Below are positions 52,101 to 63,684 of a stretch of DNA of 64,000 nucleotides, piece after piece (position 1 is the first letter of the stretch; the number at the start of each line of letters is the position of its first letter). Made by a program: the position numbers and the translations under genes. The DNA is taken from assembly GCA_950097015.1 (NCBI GenBank), contig CATNEN010000003.1, forward strand, positions 13,888,001 through 13,952,000, in the 5' to 3' direction. The notes below the pieces were generated by a model that searched no databases, had not been told where the DNA came from, and saw only the letters and a program-made list of their open reading frames with translations. Source of the stretch: Macrostomum hystrix. Taxonomy: Eukaryota; Animalia; Platyhelminthes.

Positions 52101-55100
52101 GCTGCTGTGTGTGTGAGGTGCCTGCTCAGGGGAGGCGGCGCGATGGGCGGCTCTCGCCTAGTTCGCCGGCCTGGGGGCATGCCGTTCCTGTGTTTGTGCG
52201 TCAAGTGCCCCAGGCCCCCCTGCAAAGTAAGTAAGTAACTTAGTTGTGGGATTTTAGAAGGGGTTGTAGCCTAGTGGTTAGGGCGTCGGACTCATGTCTT
52301 GAAGGTCGGGGGTTCGATTCCCGACTCCATTGGGACAATTTGTGTCCTTTTAGAAAGACACTTAACTCTGCATTGCTTCAGTTCACCCAGCTAATTAATA
52401 TTGATTAGTCCTACAGATTTTACACAGATCTTTGAAACTTGAGTCGAATCTTTCTCAAAAGTCAAAGGTTTCTTACTTTGAATTTTTTTTACCCAGCTCA
52501 AAGTGCAACCTGGAATTCTACAATTTTCTCGAAGCCCTGTTGGATCACGTCACTGCTTTGGGCGAGTTTTTGGCTAAAATCTACGCCAACAGGTTGGACC
52601 AGAGATATCTGGTGACCAGCCCCGGCGTGCACCCGTTCGACATTCTGTCCGAGTCGCCGTCGACGGCGCTGGGGAAACTCATTTTCGAATTGCATGTGGC
52701 TCCTAATAAGTGAGTATTCTTTCTAAATATTGTTTTAAGATTTCTGATCCTGCAGTCAAGGGTTCGACTCCTGTCTATCTATCTATTTGCAGGGGGCCCG
52801 GGGCACTTGTCGCACAAGCGACGGAGCGGCACGCTCCCAGACCGGCGAACTAGGCGCTTAGCGCCCATCGCGCCGCCTCCCCTGAGCAGGCACCACATAC
52901 AGCAGCACAGACCAGCCGGGGAGGGCAGGAGGCACCCAGAATAGGCAGCAGTGTCCCCCACCCCCGCCCCGCACGCACATAGCCCCAAGCCCCACAGCCC
53001 CAAGCCGGGGCGGAAGGCTGATAAGAAATCAGTCCTCAGGGGGGCCGGGTGATGAGTGTACACTTATCCAATCGCGCTGACGGAAGTCCAGAAAGCGTGC
53101 GGCGGTGTACACCCGCCCTCCAGCCACCCCCCGCAAGGTCTCACGCCCCAGCGCCAACGCACACAACGCAGAACAGGCACACAGAAAGGTAGGAGCGAAG
53201 CTATTATTTCAAGCTTTGATTGCACGAAATATGGTGCACCTCCGCCGGTCGCTACTGTCCAAACCTCTCAACAAGTCCCGAAATAATTCGTGACTTGAAG
53301 GGTGAATCGAACTAGCGTCCTTTGGAGTGCGAGGCAGCGACGTTAGCCGCTGACCCACTCGCCCGCCAGTTCGACTCCTGACTCCACTGAAATAATAATA
53401 ATTATAATTAATAATAAACACGTTCACGCAGATTGGAAGACCTGGCACAGAGGCTAGGATTGAATTTATCTCACATCATCATCAAAAACTCTATGCCGAG
53501 AATCAACACTAAGGCTAGGCCGAAACCGGAGCCAGACAAAACCCTGTTTAGCTTAACAGGTGCGTTTGGGGTGAACTTTAGACTGATGGTTTGAGTTTAG
53601 TTGCGGTTTAGAAATTGAGATGTAAAATTAGGATTCAAGTTTAGGATCAGAAACTATAGGGTAGTTTGAGGATCAGAAACTTATTGGGTAGTTTGAGGGT
53701 CAGAAACTAGGTTAGTTTGAGGATCAGAAACTAGGGTAGTCTGAGGATCAGAAACTAGGGTAGTTTAAGGATCAGAAACTATTGGGTAGTTTGAGGATCA
53801 GAAACTAGGTTAGTTTGGGGATCTGAAACTATTGGGTAGTCTGAGGATCAGAAACTAGGGTAGTTTGTGGATCAGAAACTAGGGTAGTTTGAGGATCAGA
53901 AACTAGGGTAGTTTGAGGATCAGAAACTAGGGTAGTTTGAGGATCAGAAACTAGGGTAGTTTGAGGATCAGAAACTAGGGTAGTTTGAGGATCAGAAACT
54001 AGGGTAGTTTGAGGATCAGAAACTAGGGTAGTTTGAGGATCAGAAACTAGGGTAGTTTGAGGATCAGAAACTAGGGTAGTTTGAGGATCAGAAACTAGGG
54101 TAGTTTGAGGATCAGAAACTAGGGTAGTTTGAGGATCAGAAGATAGGGTAGTTTGAGGATCAGAAACTAGGGTAGTTTAAGGATCAGAAGATAGGGTAGT
54201 TTGAGGATCAGAAACTAGGGTAGTTTAAGGATCAGAAGATAGGGTAGTTTGAGGATCAGAAACTAGGGTAGTTTAAGGATCAGAAGATAGGGTAGTTTGA
54301 GGATCAGAAACTAGGGTAGTTTAAGGATCAGAAGATAGGGTAGTTTGAGGATCAGAAACTAGGGTAGTTTAAGGATCAGAAACTAGGGTAGTTTGAGAAT
54401 CAGAAACTAGGGTAGTTTGAGGATCAGAAACTAGGTTAGTTTGGGGATCAGAAACTAGGGTAGTTTGGGGATCAGAAACTAGGGTAGTTTAAGGATCAGA
54501 AACTATTGGGTAGTTTGAGGATCAGAAACTAGGTTAGTTTGGGGATCTGAAACTATTGGGTAGTTTAAGGATCAGAAACTATTGGGTAGTTTGAGAATCA
54601 GAAACTAGGGTAGTTTGGGGATCTGAAACTATTGGGTAGTTTGAGAATCAGAAACTAGGGTAGTTTGGGGATCTGAAACTAGGGTAGTTTGGGGATCAGA
54701 AACTAGGGTAGTTTGGGGATCTGAAACTAGGGTAGTTTGGGGATCAGAAACTAGGGTAGTTTGGGGATCTGAAACTATTGGGTAGTCTGAGGATCTGAAA
54801 CTAGGGTAGTTTGAGGATCAGAAACTAGGGTAGTTTGAGGATCAGAAACTAGGGTAGTTTGAGGATCTGAAACTAGGGTAGTCTGAGGATCAGAAACTAT
54901 TGGGTAGTCTGAGGATCTGAAACTAGGGTAGTTTAAGTATCAGAAACTAGGGTAGTTTGAGGATCAGAAACTAGGGTAGTTTGAGGATCAGAAACTAGGG
55001 TAGTTTAAGGATCAGAAACTATTGGGTAGTTTGAGGATCAGAAACTAGGTTAGTTTGGGGATCTGAAACTATTGGGTAGTCTGAGGATCTGAAACTAGGG

Positions 55101-58100
55101 TAGTTTGAGGATCAGAAACTAGGGTAGTTTGAGGATCAGAAACTAGGGTAGTTTGAGGATCTGAAACTAGGGTAGTCTGAGGATCAGAAACTAGGGTAGT
55201 TTGGGGATCAGAAACTAGGGTAGTTTAAGGATCAGAAACTATTGGGTAGTTTGAGGATCAGAAACTAGGGTAGTTTGAGAATCAGAAACTAGGGTAGTTT
55301 GGGGATCTGAAACTAGGGTAGTTTGGGGATCAGAAACTAGGGTAGTTTGGGGATCAGAAACTATTGGGTAGTTTGAGAATCAGAAACTAGGGTAGTTTGA
55401 GGATCAGAAACTAGGTTAGTTTGGGGATCAGAAACTAGGGTAGTTTGAGGATCAGAAACTAGGGTAGTTTGGGGATCAGAAACTAGAGTAGTTTAAGGAT
55501 CAGAAACTATTGGGTAGTTTGAGGATCAGAAACTAGGTTAGTTTGGGGATCTGAAACTATTGGGTAGTCTGAGGATCTGAAACTAGGGTAGTTTGAGGAT
55601 CAGAAACTAGGGTAGTTTGAGGATCAGAAACTAGGGTAGTTTGAGAATCAGAAACTAGGGTAGTCTGAGGATCTGAAACTAGGGTAGTTTGAGGATCAGA
55701 AACTAGGGTAGTTTGAGGATCAGAAACTAGGGTAGTCTGAGGATCAGAAACTAGGGTAGTTTGAGAATCAGAAACTAGGGTAGTTTGAGAATCAGAAACT
55801 AGGGTAGTCTGAGGATCTGAAACTAGGGTAGTTTGAGGATCAGAAACTAGGGTAGTCTGAGGATCAGAAACTAGGGTAGTCTGAGGATCAGAAACTAGGG
55901 TAGTCTGAGGATCAGAAACTAGGTTAGTTTGGGGATCTGAAACTATTGGGTAGTCTGAGGATCAGAAACTAGGGTAGTTTGAGGATCAGAAACTAGGGTA
56001 GTTTGAGGATCTGAAACTAGGGTAGTCTGAGGATCTGAAACTAGGGTAGTTTGAGGATCTGAAACTAGGGTAGTCTGAGGATCAGAAACTAGGGTAGTTT
56101 GAGGATCAGAAGATAGGGTAGTTTGAGGATCAGAAACTAGGGTAGTTTGAGGATCAGAAACTAGGGTAGTCTGAGGATCAGAAACTAGGGTAGTCTGAGG
56201 ATCAGAAACTAGGTTAGTTTGAGGATCAGAAACTAGGGTAGTTTGGGGATCTGAAACTATTGGGTAGTCTGAGGATCTGAAACTAGGGTAGTTTGAGGAT
56301 CAGAAACTAGGGTAGTTTGAGGATCTGAAACTAGGGTAGTCTGAGGATCAGAAACTAGGTTAGTTTGGGGATCTGAAACTATTGGGTAGTCTGAGGATCT
56401 GAAACTAGGGTAGTTTGAGGATCAGAAACTAGGGTAGTTTGAGGATCAGAAACTAGGGTAGTTTGAGGATCTGAAACTAGGGTAGTCTGAGGATCAGAAA
56501 CTAGGGTAGTTTGGGGATCAGAAACTAGGGTAGTTTAAGGATCAGAAACTATTGGGTAGTTTGAGGATCAGAAACTAGGGTAGTTTGAGGATCTGAAACT
56601 AGGGTAGTCTGAGGATCAGAAACTAGGGTAGTTTGAGAATCAGAAACTAGGGTAGTTTGGGGATCTGAAACTAGGGTAGTTTGGGGATCAGAAACTAGGG
56701 TAGTCTGAGGATCTGAAACTAGGGTAGTTTGAGGATCAGAAACTAGGGTAGTTTGAGGATCAGAAACTAGGTTAGTTTGGGGATCTGAAACTAGGGTAGT
56801 CTGAGGATCTGAAACTAGGGTAGTCTGAGGATCAGAAACTAGGGTAGTTTGAGAATCAGAAACTAGGGTAGTTTGAGAATCAGAAACTAGGGTAGTCTGA
56901 GGATCTGAAACTAGGGTAGTTTGAGGATCAGAAACTAGGGTAGTTTGAGGATCAGAAACTAGGGTAGTCTGAGGATCAGAAACTAGGGTAGTCTGAGGAT
57001 CAGAAACTAGGTTAGTTTGGGGATCTGAAACTATTGGGTAGTCTGAGGATCTGAAACTAGGGTAGTTTGAGGATCAGAAACTAGGGTAGTTTGAGGATCT
57101 GAAACTAGGGTAGTCTGAGGATCAGAAACTAGGGTAGTTTGAGGATCAGAAGATAGGGTAGTTTGAGGATCAGAAACTAGGGTAGTTTGAGGATCAGAAA
57201 CTAGGGTAGTCTGAGGATCAGAAACTAGGGTAGTCTGAGGATCAGAAACTAGGTTAGTTTGGGGATCTGAAACTATTGGGTAGTCTGAGGATCTGAAACT
57301 AGGGTAGTTTGAGGATCAGAAACTAGGGTAGTTTGAGGATCTGAAACTAGGGTAGTTTGAGGATCAGAAACTAGGGTAGTCTGAGGATCAGAAACTAGGG
57401 TAGTTTGAGAATCAGAAACTAGGGTAGTTTGAGGATCTGAAACTAGGGTAGTTTGAGGATCAGAAGATAGGGTAGTTTGAGGATCAGAAACTAGGGTAGT
57501 TTGAGGATCTGAAACTAGGGTAGTCTGAGGATCTGAAACTAGGGTAGTCTGAGGATCAGAAACTAGGGTAGTCTGAGGATCTGAAACTAGGGTAGTTTAA
57601 GTATCAGAAACTAGGGTAGTTTGAGGATCAGAAACTAGGGTAGTTTGAGGATCAGAAACTAGGGTAGTCTGAGGATCAGAAACTAGGGTAGTTTGAGAAT
57701 CAGAAACTAGGGTAGTCTGAGGATCTGAAACTAGGGTAGTTTGAGGATCAGAAGATAGGGTAGTTTGAGGATCAGAAACTAGGGTAGTTTGAGGATCAGA
57801 AACTAGGGTAGTTTGAGGATCAGAAACTAGGGTAGTTTGAGGATCAGAAGATAGGGTAGTTTGAGGATCTGAAACTAGGGTAGTTTGGGGATCTGAAACT
57901 ATTGGGTAGTCTGAGGATCAGAAACTAGGGTAGTTTGGAGATCAGAAACTAGGGTAGTTTAAGGATCAGAAACTATTGGGTAGTTTGAGGATCAGAAACT
58001 AGGTTAGTTTGGGGATCTGAAACTATTGGGTAGTTTAAGTATCAGAAACTAGGGTAGTTTGAGGATCTGAAACTAGGGTAGTTTGGGGATCTGAAACTAT

Positions 58101-61100
58101 TGGGTAGTTTGGGGATCTGAAACTATTGGGTAGTCTGAGGATCAGAAACTAGGGTAGTTTGGGGATCAGAAACTAGGGTAGTTTGAGGATCAGAAACTAG
58201 GGTAGTTTGAGGATCAGAAACTAGGGTAGTTTAAGTATCAGAAACTATTGGGTAGTTTGAGGATCTGAAACTAGGGTAGTTTGAGGATCAGAAACTAGGT
58301 TAGTTTAAGGATCAGAAACTAGGGTATTCTGAGGATCAGAAACTAGGGTAGTTTGAGGATCAGAAACTATTGGGTAGTTTGAGGATCAGAAGATAGGGTT
58401 TTGTATGCATTTTAGACTTGTGTAAGTTAGGAGTTTAAAGCCAGTTTGCCTTAGCCTTGTGTGACTTGTTTGATGCCACTAGTTTCATAACCATCATTTC
58501 AGAGCCAGCTGCCTCGCAGTTGTTGTGTCGTGTAGTTAACGACTGCAAGTCTTGGACTGGGCAGTCTAGAGATCCTCACCAAGCGGTTGTCAGCATCTCC
58601 AAGGAACTCACTCGCGTATTTAAACGTGAGATTTAAGTTTTATGCATGCTTTAATATCCTATTAGGGTTGTATAATTTTTGTCTTGTGCATCTAATGCTC
58701 CCAAAACGAAATCACAGATCCTCAAATCAGGATCCTACATACTTAGTATACTGATCCCGGATTCTCAAATCCCAGACTCCCAGATCCCAAAATCCCAGAG
58801 CCCAAAATCCCAGATCCTTAAATCCCAGATCCCAAAATCCCAGATCCCGAAATCCCAGATCCAATTGTTCCAGGTCACAAAAATTCAGATCCGACAATGC
58901 CTGGCCCCGTAATCCCAGATCCCTTAATCATAGATGCCATAATATTGGATCTTATAATCACAGATCCCATAACTCGATCCCATAATCCCAGATCATATAA
59001 TCCCAGATCCCATAATCCCAGATCCCATAATCCCAGATCCCATAATCCCAGATCCCATAATCCCAGATCCCATAATCCCAGATCCCATGATCCCAGATCC
59101 CATGATCCCAGATCCCATAATCCCAGATCCCATAATCCCAGATCCTATAATCCCAGATCCCATAATCCCAGATCCCATAATTCCAGATCCCATGATCCCA
59201 GATCCCATGATCCCATAATCCCAGATCCCATGATCCCAGCTCACATTTATTTTGATCCCACTGTTCTAAAAAATCTTCGATCACTGATCCTTGAGTCTTA
59301 AATGCGTCTTAATCATTCTAAAACTCTTCAGCCCAACTCACTTCCACCGCCGGCGCCCCCAAACCACACTGGTTGAATCGACACCAGCTAGCCAAAGTTG
59401 CCGCTTCCGACGCATTCAAAGATTGGCGAACCAGCCTGGGCGAGCTGAAATTTGTTGATTTGACTTTTTTAAAGTCCGCCAACGATCGGCTGGCTTTCTT
59501 TCTCAATCTGAGAAATCTGATTGCCGTCCACTTTGCGATTGAAATTAGTAACGTGAGTTTGTCGTTTTTATCTCTGGCTTTAGAAAAATTATAAAAAGTC
59601 GCTAAATTTCAATAAAAAGATGACAATAGCTTTTTGTTTTAGTTAGATTTTTTGTTTTTTACTTGAAATCTTTTCATCACCAACCCTACCTCGTTGAAGT
59701 ACACACTTACTTAAATTACGTACAAAGTACACACATACTCACCAACCCCACCTCCTCCTCAATGTACTCTCTCTCCGTTACAAACGCCACCTCCTCCTCA
59801 ATGTACTCTCTTTCCGTTACCAACGCCACCTCCTCCTCAATGTACTCTCTTTCCGTTACCAACGCCACCTCCTCCTCAGTGTACTCTCTCTCCCTGGCTA
59901 ACCCCACCTCCTCTTCAATGTACTCTTTCCGTGACCAACCCACCTCGTCCTCAATGTGCTCTCTCCGTGACTAACCCACCTCCTCCTCAATGTACTCTCT
60001 CTCCCTGACTAACCCCACCTCCTCTTCAATGTACTCTTTCCGTGACCAACCCACCTCCTCCTCAGTGTAGTCTCTCTCCCTGGCTAACCCCACCTCCTCT
60101 TCAATGTACTCTTTCCGTGACCAACCCACCTCGTCCTCAATGTACTCTCTCCGTGACTAACCCACCTCGTCCTCAATGTACTCTCTCTTCATAACCTTCT
60201 CCTTCTCATGTAAAAATCAAATCTTAATGACATTTTAATGACATGTTTTTATGTTTACAGCTTTGGACTGATCCCGTGCTGTCTTCCTGTCCTCTGTTGG
60301 CCTGCAAGTCGCACTCTCGCGAATTCACCTACTGGATTGGCAGCCTCGGGCCAGTTAGTCTGGGCGATATTGACGACTTCGTGTTGGGCATCGGCAAGAC
60401 TAGGCGGACTGATATGAGTAAGAGTTGCTTATGGTCACAATGTCAATTAGATCAAACTTACCTCCTCAATTAACAGTCTTTAGTTTATCGATCCGACCTC
60501 AATGTACAGTATTTAGTTTATCGATCCGACCTCGATGTACAGTCTTTAGTTTATCGATCCGACCTCGATGTACAGTCTTTAGTTTATCGATCCGACCTCA
60601 ATGTACAGTCTTTAGTTTATCGATCCGACCTCAATGTACAGTCTTTAGTTTATCGATCCGACCTCAATGTACAGTCTTCAGTTTCTCGATCCGACCTCAA
60701 TTAACAGTCTTTAGTTTATCGAACCGACCTCAATGTACAGTCTTTAGTTTATCGACGATCTGACCTCAATGTACAGTCTTTAGTTTATCGATCCGACCTC
60801 AATGTACAGTCTTTAGTTTATCGACGATCTGACCTCAATGTACAGTCTTTAGTTTATCGACGATCTGACCTCAATGTACAGTCTTTAGTTTATCGATCCG
60901 ACCTCAATGTACAGTCTTTAGTTTATCGATCCGACCTCAATGTACAGTATTTACTTAATCGATCCGACCTCAATGTACAGTCTTTAGTTTATCGAACCGA
61001 CCTCAATGTACAGTATTTAGTTTATCGATCCAACTTGAATGTACATTATCGTACTTATTGATCAAACCTCAATGTGCAAACATTGTGTCAAAGTTATAAA

Positions 61101-63655
61101 TAGGTATAAGGAAGTAGGATTCTGTAAAGTAAATTAAAGAAGCGATGATACTGTTAAACGAATATTTACTCGTAACAATGATAGGATCTACGTATCATAT
61201 CTATACCTGTTTTAACATGCATGTTTTTATACGTTAAAAGCAGTTGAATCTTTTTTCATTGCTCCCATCTCTATTTTTTCAGCGTGGGCGTCAAATACAT
61301 TTTTTATATTGAATGTTACTCAGGTTCATTTAGATTAATTTGAGAACACAGAGCATGTGTGAAAAATTAATTCATTTTTTTACAAAAATCAGAATTTCTC
61401 AACGTCTTTCATCCGGAACTGTGCGACTATGCTCAAGTTGAGCAACCCGACCCGCTGTTAGTATTCGGCCTGGTACAGTTTCAACGCGTTTCTCCGCCTT
61501 TTAAGGTAGGCGTCTTTTTGTCAGAGTTCAGTTTTTTATTTTCAATTATCTATCATTAAATTTCATCAGCTGCGTGATTTGATGCACAGAATCTAGCAGC
61601 ATTTTGCTGTGTAAATCTGTTCAGTCCATGGACTTTCGGATGGCCAAGAAATTTATTTGCATTTATATTCATTTCATTAGGTTTTCCTCCAAAGGTCGTG
61701 AGTTCGAATCTCTTGAGACAGATTTTTTATGGGAAAAGAAATAAATTCGTAGTTATATTCGTTTCATTTGGTTTGCTCCGACTTATATTTCTCTACATAT
61801 CGGGTGTTTATAATATCCGAAATTTACTTAAGTACATCAGCTTATCTAATTCTCGTATTTTCAGAAAATGCTTGTTTATATAGTGTTCTATACATATCGG
61901 GTCTATAACTAATTCTTGTACATGTGCTATACATAAATTCGTTCGAAATTACTTTGCTTTTTTCTATACATATCGGGTAGGCTACTCACACATTGAACAT
62001 ATTTTTCCACATTTTTCGATGCATATCGAGTCGACACTGACTTATTTCGCTACCCTAAAACCCTCAACATTTCATAGACCTACTCGGCGCACTCAATTAA
62101 AGACGACCTGTTGAAGTCCTGCCACCAATTTGTCGCCGGGTTCGTCGCCTTAAAATCGGCGACATCTGCGGATTCTGTCGCTGGTTCGGAATCGATCACT
62201 CTGCCGCACTGGCTAGCCTACTACGCGCCGATGCTGCAGCAGCAGACGTCGACGCGATCGGAGAGTCAATCTAGTCGACTGTGGGATCCTGCCAGTGTGC
62301 TTGCCTCGTTGAGACGTCTGTGCTCCGGCCCGCAATTGGCTCAGACCTGGGCCCACCTCTGCGTTGGCGGCGGCGGCAGCGTTGACACAGTCGACGATCA
62401 GCAGCTGATGCTGACCCAGTGCCAACTGGATGAGCCGGAGTTAAGCGAATTCGGCGTCTGTCTAGACTATCCGTCGGGGGGTGGGGGACTGGGCAGGTCT
62501 GCCAGTACTGCTGGGTTGCCTGCGAGCACAGACGATGGTAGGCGATTGAAAAATGCTTCTGAGATTCTAGATTTAAAATAACTAGTAATTTTTTCTAGAA
62601 AAGTCTAAATTCTGTATACTCAAATCCCAATCCTGTATACTCAAATCCAAATCCTATATGTTGAAATCCCAATCCTATATACTCAAATCCAAATCCTATA
62701 TGTTGAAATCCCAATCCTATATACTCAAATCCAAATCCTATATGTTGAAATCCCAATCCTATATACTCAAATCCCAACCCTAGATGCTCGAGTCGCAATT
62801 CTATATACTGATATCTCAATTTATATATACAATTTTTACATATCCCGAATCTTCTCAAATCCCTAATCCTCTCAAATCCCTAATCTTCTCAAATCCCTAA
62901 TCTTCTCAAATCCTAATCTTCTCAAATCCATAATCTTCTCAAATCCCTAATCTTCTCAAATCCCTAATCTTCTCAAATCCGAATATTCTGAAACTCGAAT
63001 GTTCTAAAATCTCGAATCTTGTCAAACTCGAATCTTTTTAAATTTTGAATCTTACATAACTCGAAATTTAAAAAATATTTTAGACTCCCGGCGTCCCTAC
63101 AGCATCACCATGGCAACGCTGGACTATCTGCGTGACTCGTCGCCATTGCTAGCCACCCTAGTCAGCCTCGCCTGCCCAGAACAGGTGTCAGACAGTTTGA
63201 GTTTAACCCTTCATCTAGATCACTTCGCTACAGGAGTCGCAAATGTCAACAGCGCCAGCAATAGCAGCGGATTTGAGCACGTTTCTTCTCGCAGTCCAAT
63301 TTCTAGTAGCAACAACTCATCGGCGACATTGTGCGGCGTCGGTGGAGGAGCTGGTCGCGGTTCCGACGTCGGTTTCGGCATCGACATACGGAGCTACCTG
63401 TACCAGCGTTTGGCTCATTCATTTCCCCAGTTGGGTCAGCACGTGCTGCGGCATTTCGCTCCCATGGCACATAGTCCCGCAGTTGGTCCAGTGGAGTCGT
63501 TGCTGAAATTATGCAGCCGATCTCCTACGGAGGCCTGGACTGCCCACATGTACAAACGGATGTTGCATCATCCCGCCTCGGAGCCGCATCTGGCTATGGT
63601 GGCGCGAACTCTGGAGAGAATGGCCGAAACTGACGACTTTTCTCCGGCTCTGTCG
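43118..63655 (+). CDS. ZFYVE26: ZFYVE26/spastizin (SPG15)-like protein, 5' part; the gene continues beyond the window
   Basis: Tentative 5' exons: 43118-43214, 43320-43338, 43403-43534. Phase-consistent exons: 43770-44571, 45534-45829, 46649-47464, 48617-49379, 49970-50372, 51128-51344, 52497-52709, 53432-53559, 58503-58625, 59332-59552, 60261-60417, 61393-61505, 62078-62537, 63084-63655. Motifs LADLQWR, ILALCLSRGDFQRASQTVKIYNL, DLAC, SESPSTALGKLIFELHVAPNKLEDLAQRLGLNLSHII and LDYLRDSSPLLATLVSL occur in the order I recall for spastizin. The FYVE domain is not reached in this window. Confidence 0.78.
43442..43769 (+). mobile_element. Probable 328-bp insertion in a coding exon
   Basis: Flanked by the direct repeat ACTAG (43437-41 / 43765-69) and ending in a (TATC)n tail. 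Exact removal restores a continuous frame ...FGDT-SREKQFSQVLL... Confidence 0.5.
44581..45450. repeat. ~17-bp intronic minisatellite (CTCACCTGTTCCTCTCT)
   Basis: About 50 units starting 9 nt after the donor. Confidence 0.95.
45925..46620. repeat. Intronic 21-bp (GAGTCCATCTCGCTAGTCCTT) and ~14-bp (GAGTCCATCTCCTT) minisatellites
   Basis: Visible directly. Confidence 0.95.
47570..47985. repeat. ~22-bp intronic minisatellite (AAATGACCTTGAATAAATTCC)
   Basis: About 17 units. Confidence 0.93.
48110..48565. repeat. 21-bp intronic minisatellite (GAAATCCCATACTGTTCTGAA)
   Basis: About 20 units. Confidence 0.9.
49400..49875. repeat. GT-rich intronic repeat (GGTGTGGGATTATATTAGTGT...)
   Basis: Degenerate tandem units directly after the donor. 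Confidence 0.85.
50413..51100. repeat. Intronic 20-bp (TGTCTCATTTATCCCATAT) then 22-bp (TCTCACCTGTATCTAATCTGTG) minisatellites
   Basis: Two adjacent arrays fill the intron. Confidence 0.95.
51655..52238 (+). mobile_element. ~585-bp tRNA-headed SINE (family B), copy 1
   Basis: A-box-like GGTCAGCGG and B box GTTCGATTC, GC-rich body, (GTAA)n tail. Perfect 13-bp TSD CTTAGTTGTGGGA at 51642-54 and 52239-51. Confidence 0.9.
52260..52393 (+). mobile_element. tRNA-derived SINE (family A) with a CORE-like domain
   Basis: Same head as 10108-10176, followed by TGTGTCCTTTTAGAAAGACACTTAACTCTGCATTGCTTCAGTTCACCCAGCT, which is reminiscent of the MIR/CORE-SINE central domain. Confidence 0.7.
52774..53368 (-). 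mobile_element. ~595-bp SINE (family B), copy 2, inverted relative to copy 1
   Basis: Its reverse complement aligns end to end with 51655-52238. (ATAG)n tail. Perfect 12-bp TSD GTTCGACTCCTG at 52762-73 and 53369-80. Confidence 0.9.
53640..58399. repeat. 24-bp intronic satellite (GAGGATCAGAAACTAGGGTAGTTT), ~4.75 kb, roughly 195 units
   Basis: It fills nearly all of intron 53560-58502 and uses a small set of recurring variants. Confidence 0.98.
58755..59240. repeat. 15-bp intronic minisatellite (CCCAGATCCCATAAT / CCCAGATCCCAAAAT)
   Basis: Visible directly. Confidence 0.93.
59740..60190. repeat. ~33-bp intronic minisatellite (CCACCTCCTCCTCAATGTACTCTCT...AAC)
   Basis: About 14 units. Confidence 0.93.
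60460..61076. repeat. 33-bp intronic minisatellite (TCGATCCGACCTCAATGTACAGTCTTTAGTTTA)
   Basis: About 18 units. Confidence 0.95.
62610..63055. repeat. Intronic 21/42-bp (AAATCCCAATCCTATATACTC) and 17-bp (AAATCCCTAATCTTCTC) repeats
   Basis: Visible directly. Confidence 0.88.
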
Positions 63656-63684
63656 GTGAGTTTCATCTTCCACTTTCAGTTACA

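Noticed and set aside
51707-53448. Short ORFs within the inverted SINEs
   Set aside because: They are not conserved in frame between the two copies; the element is non-coding.
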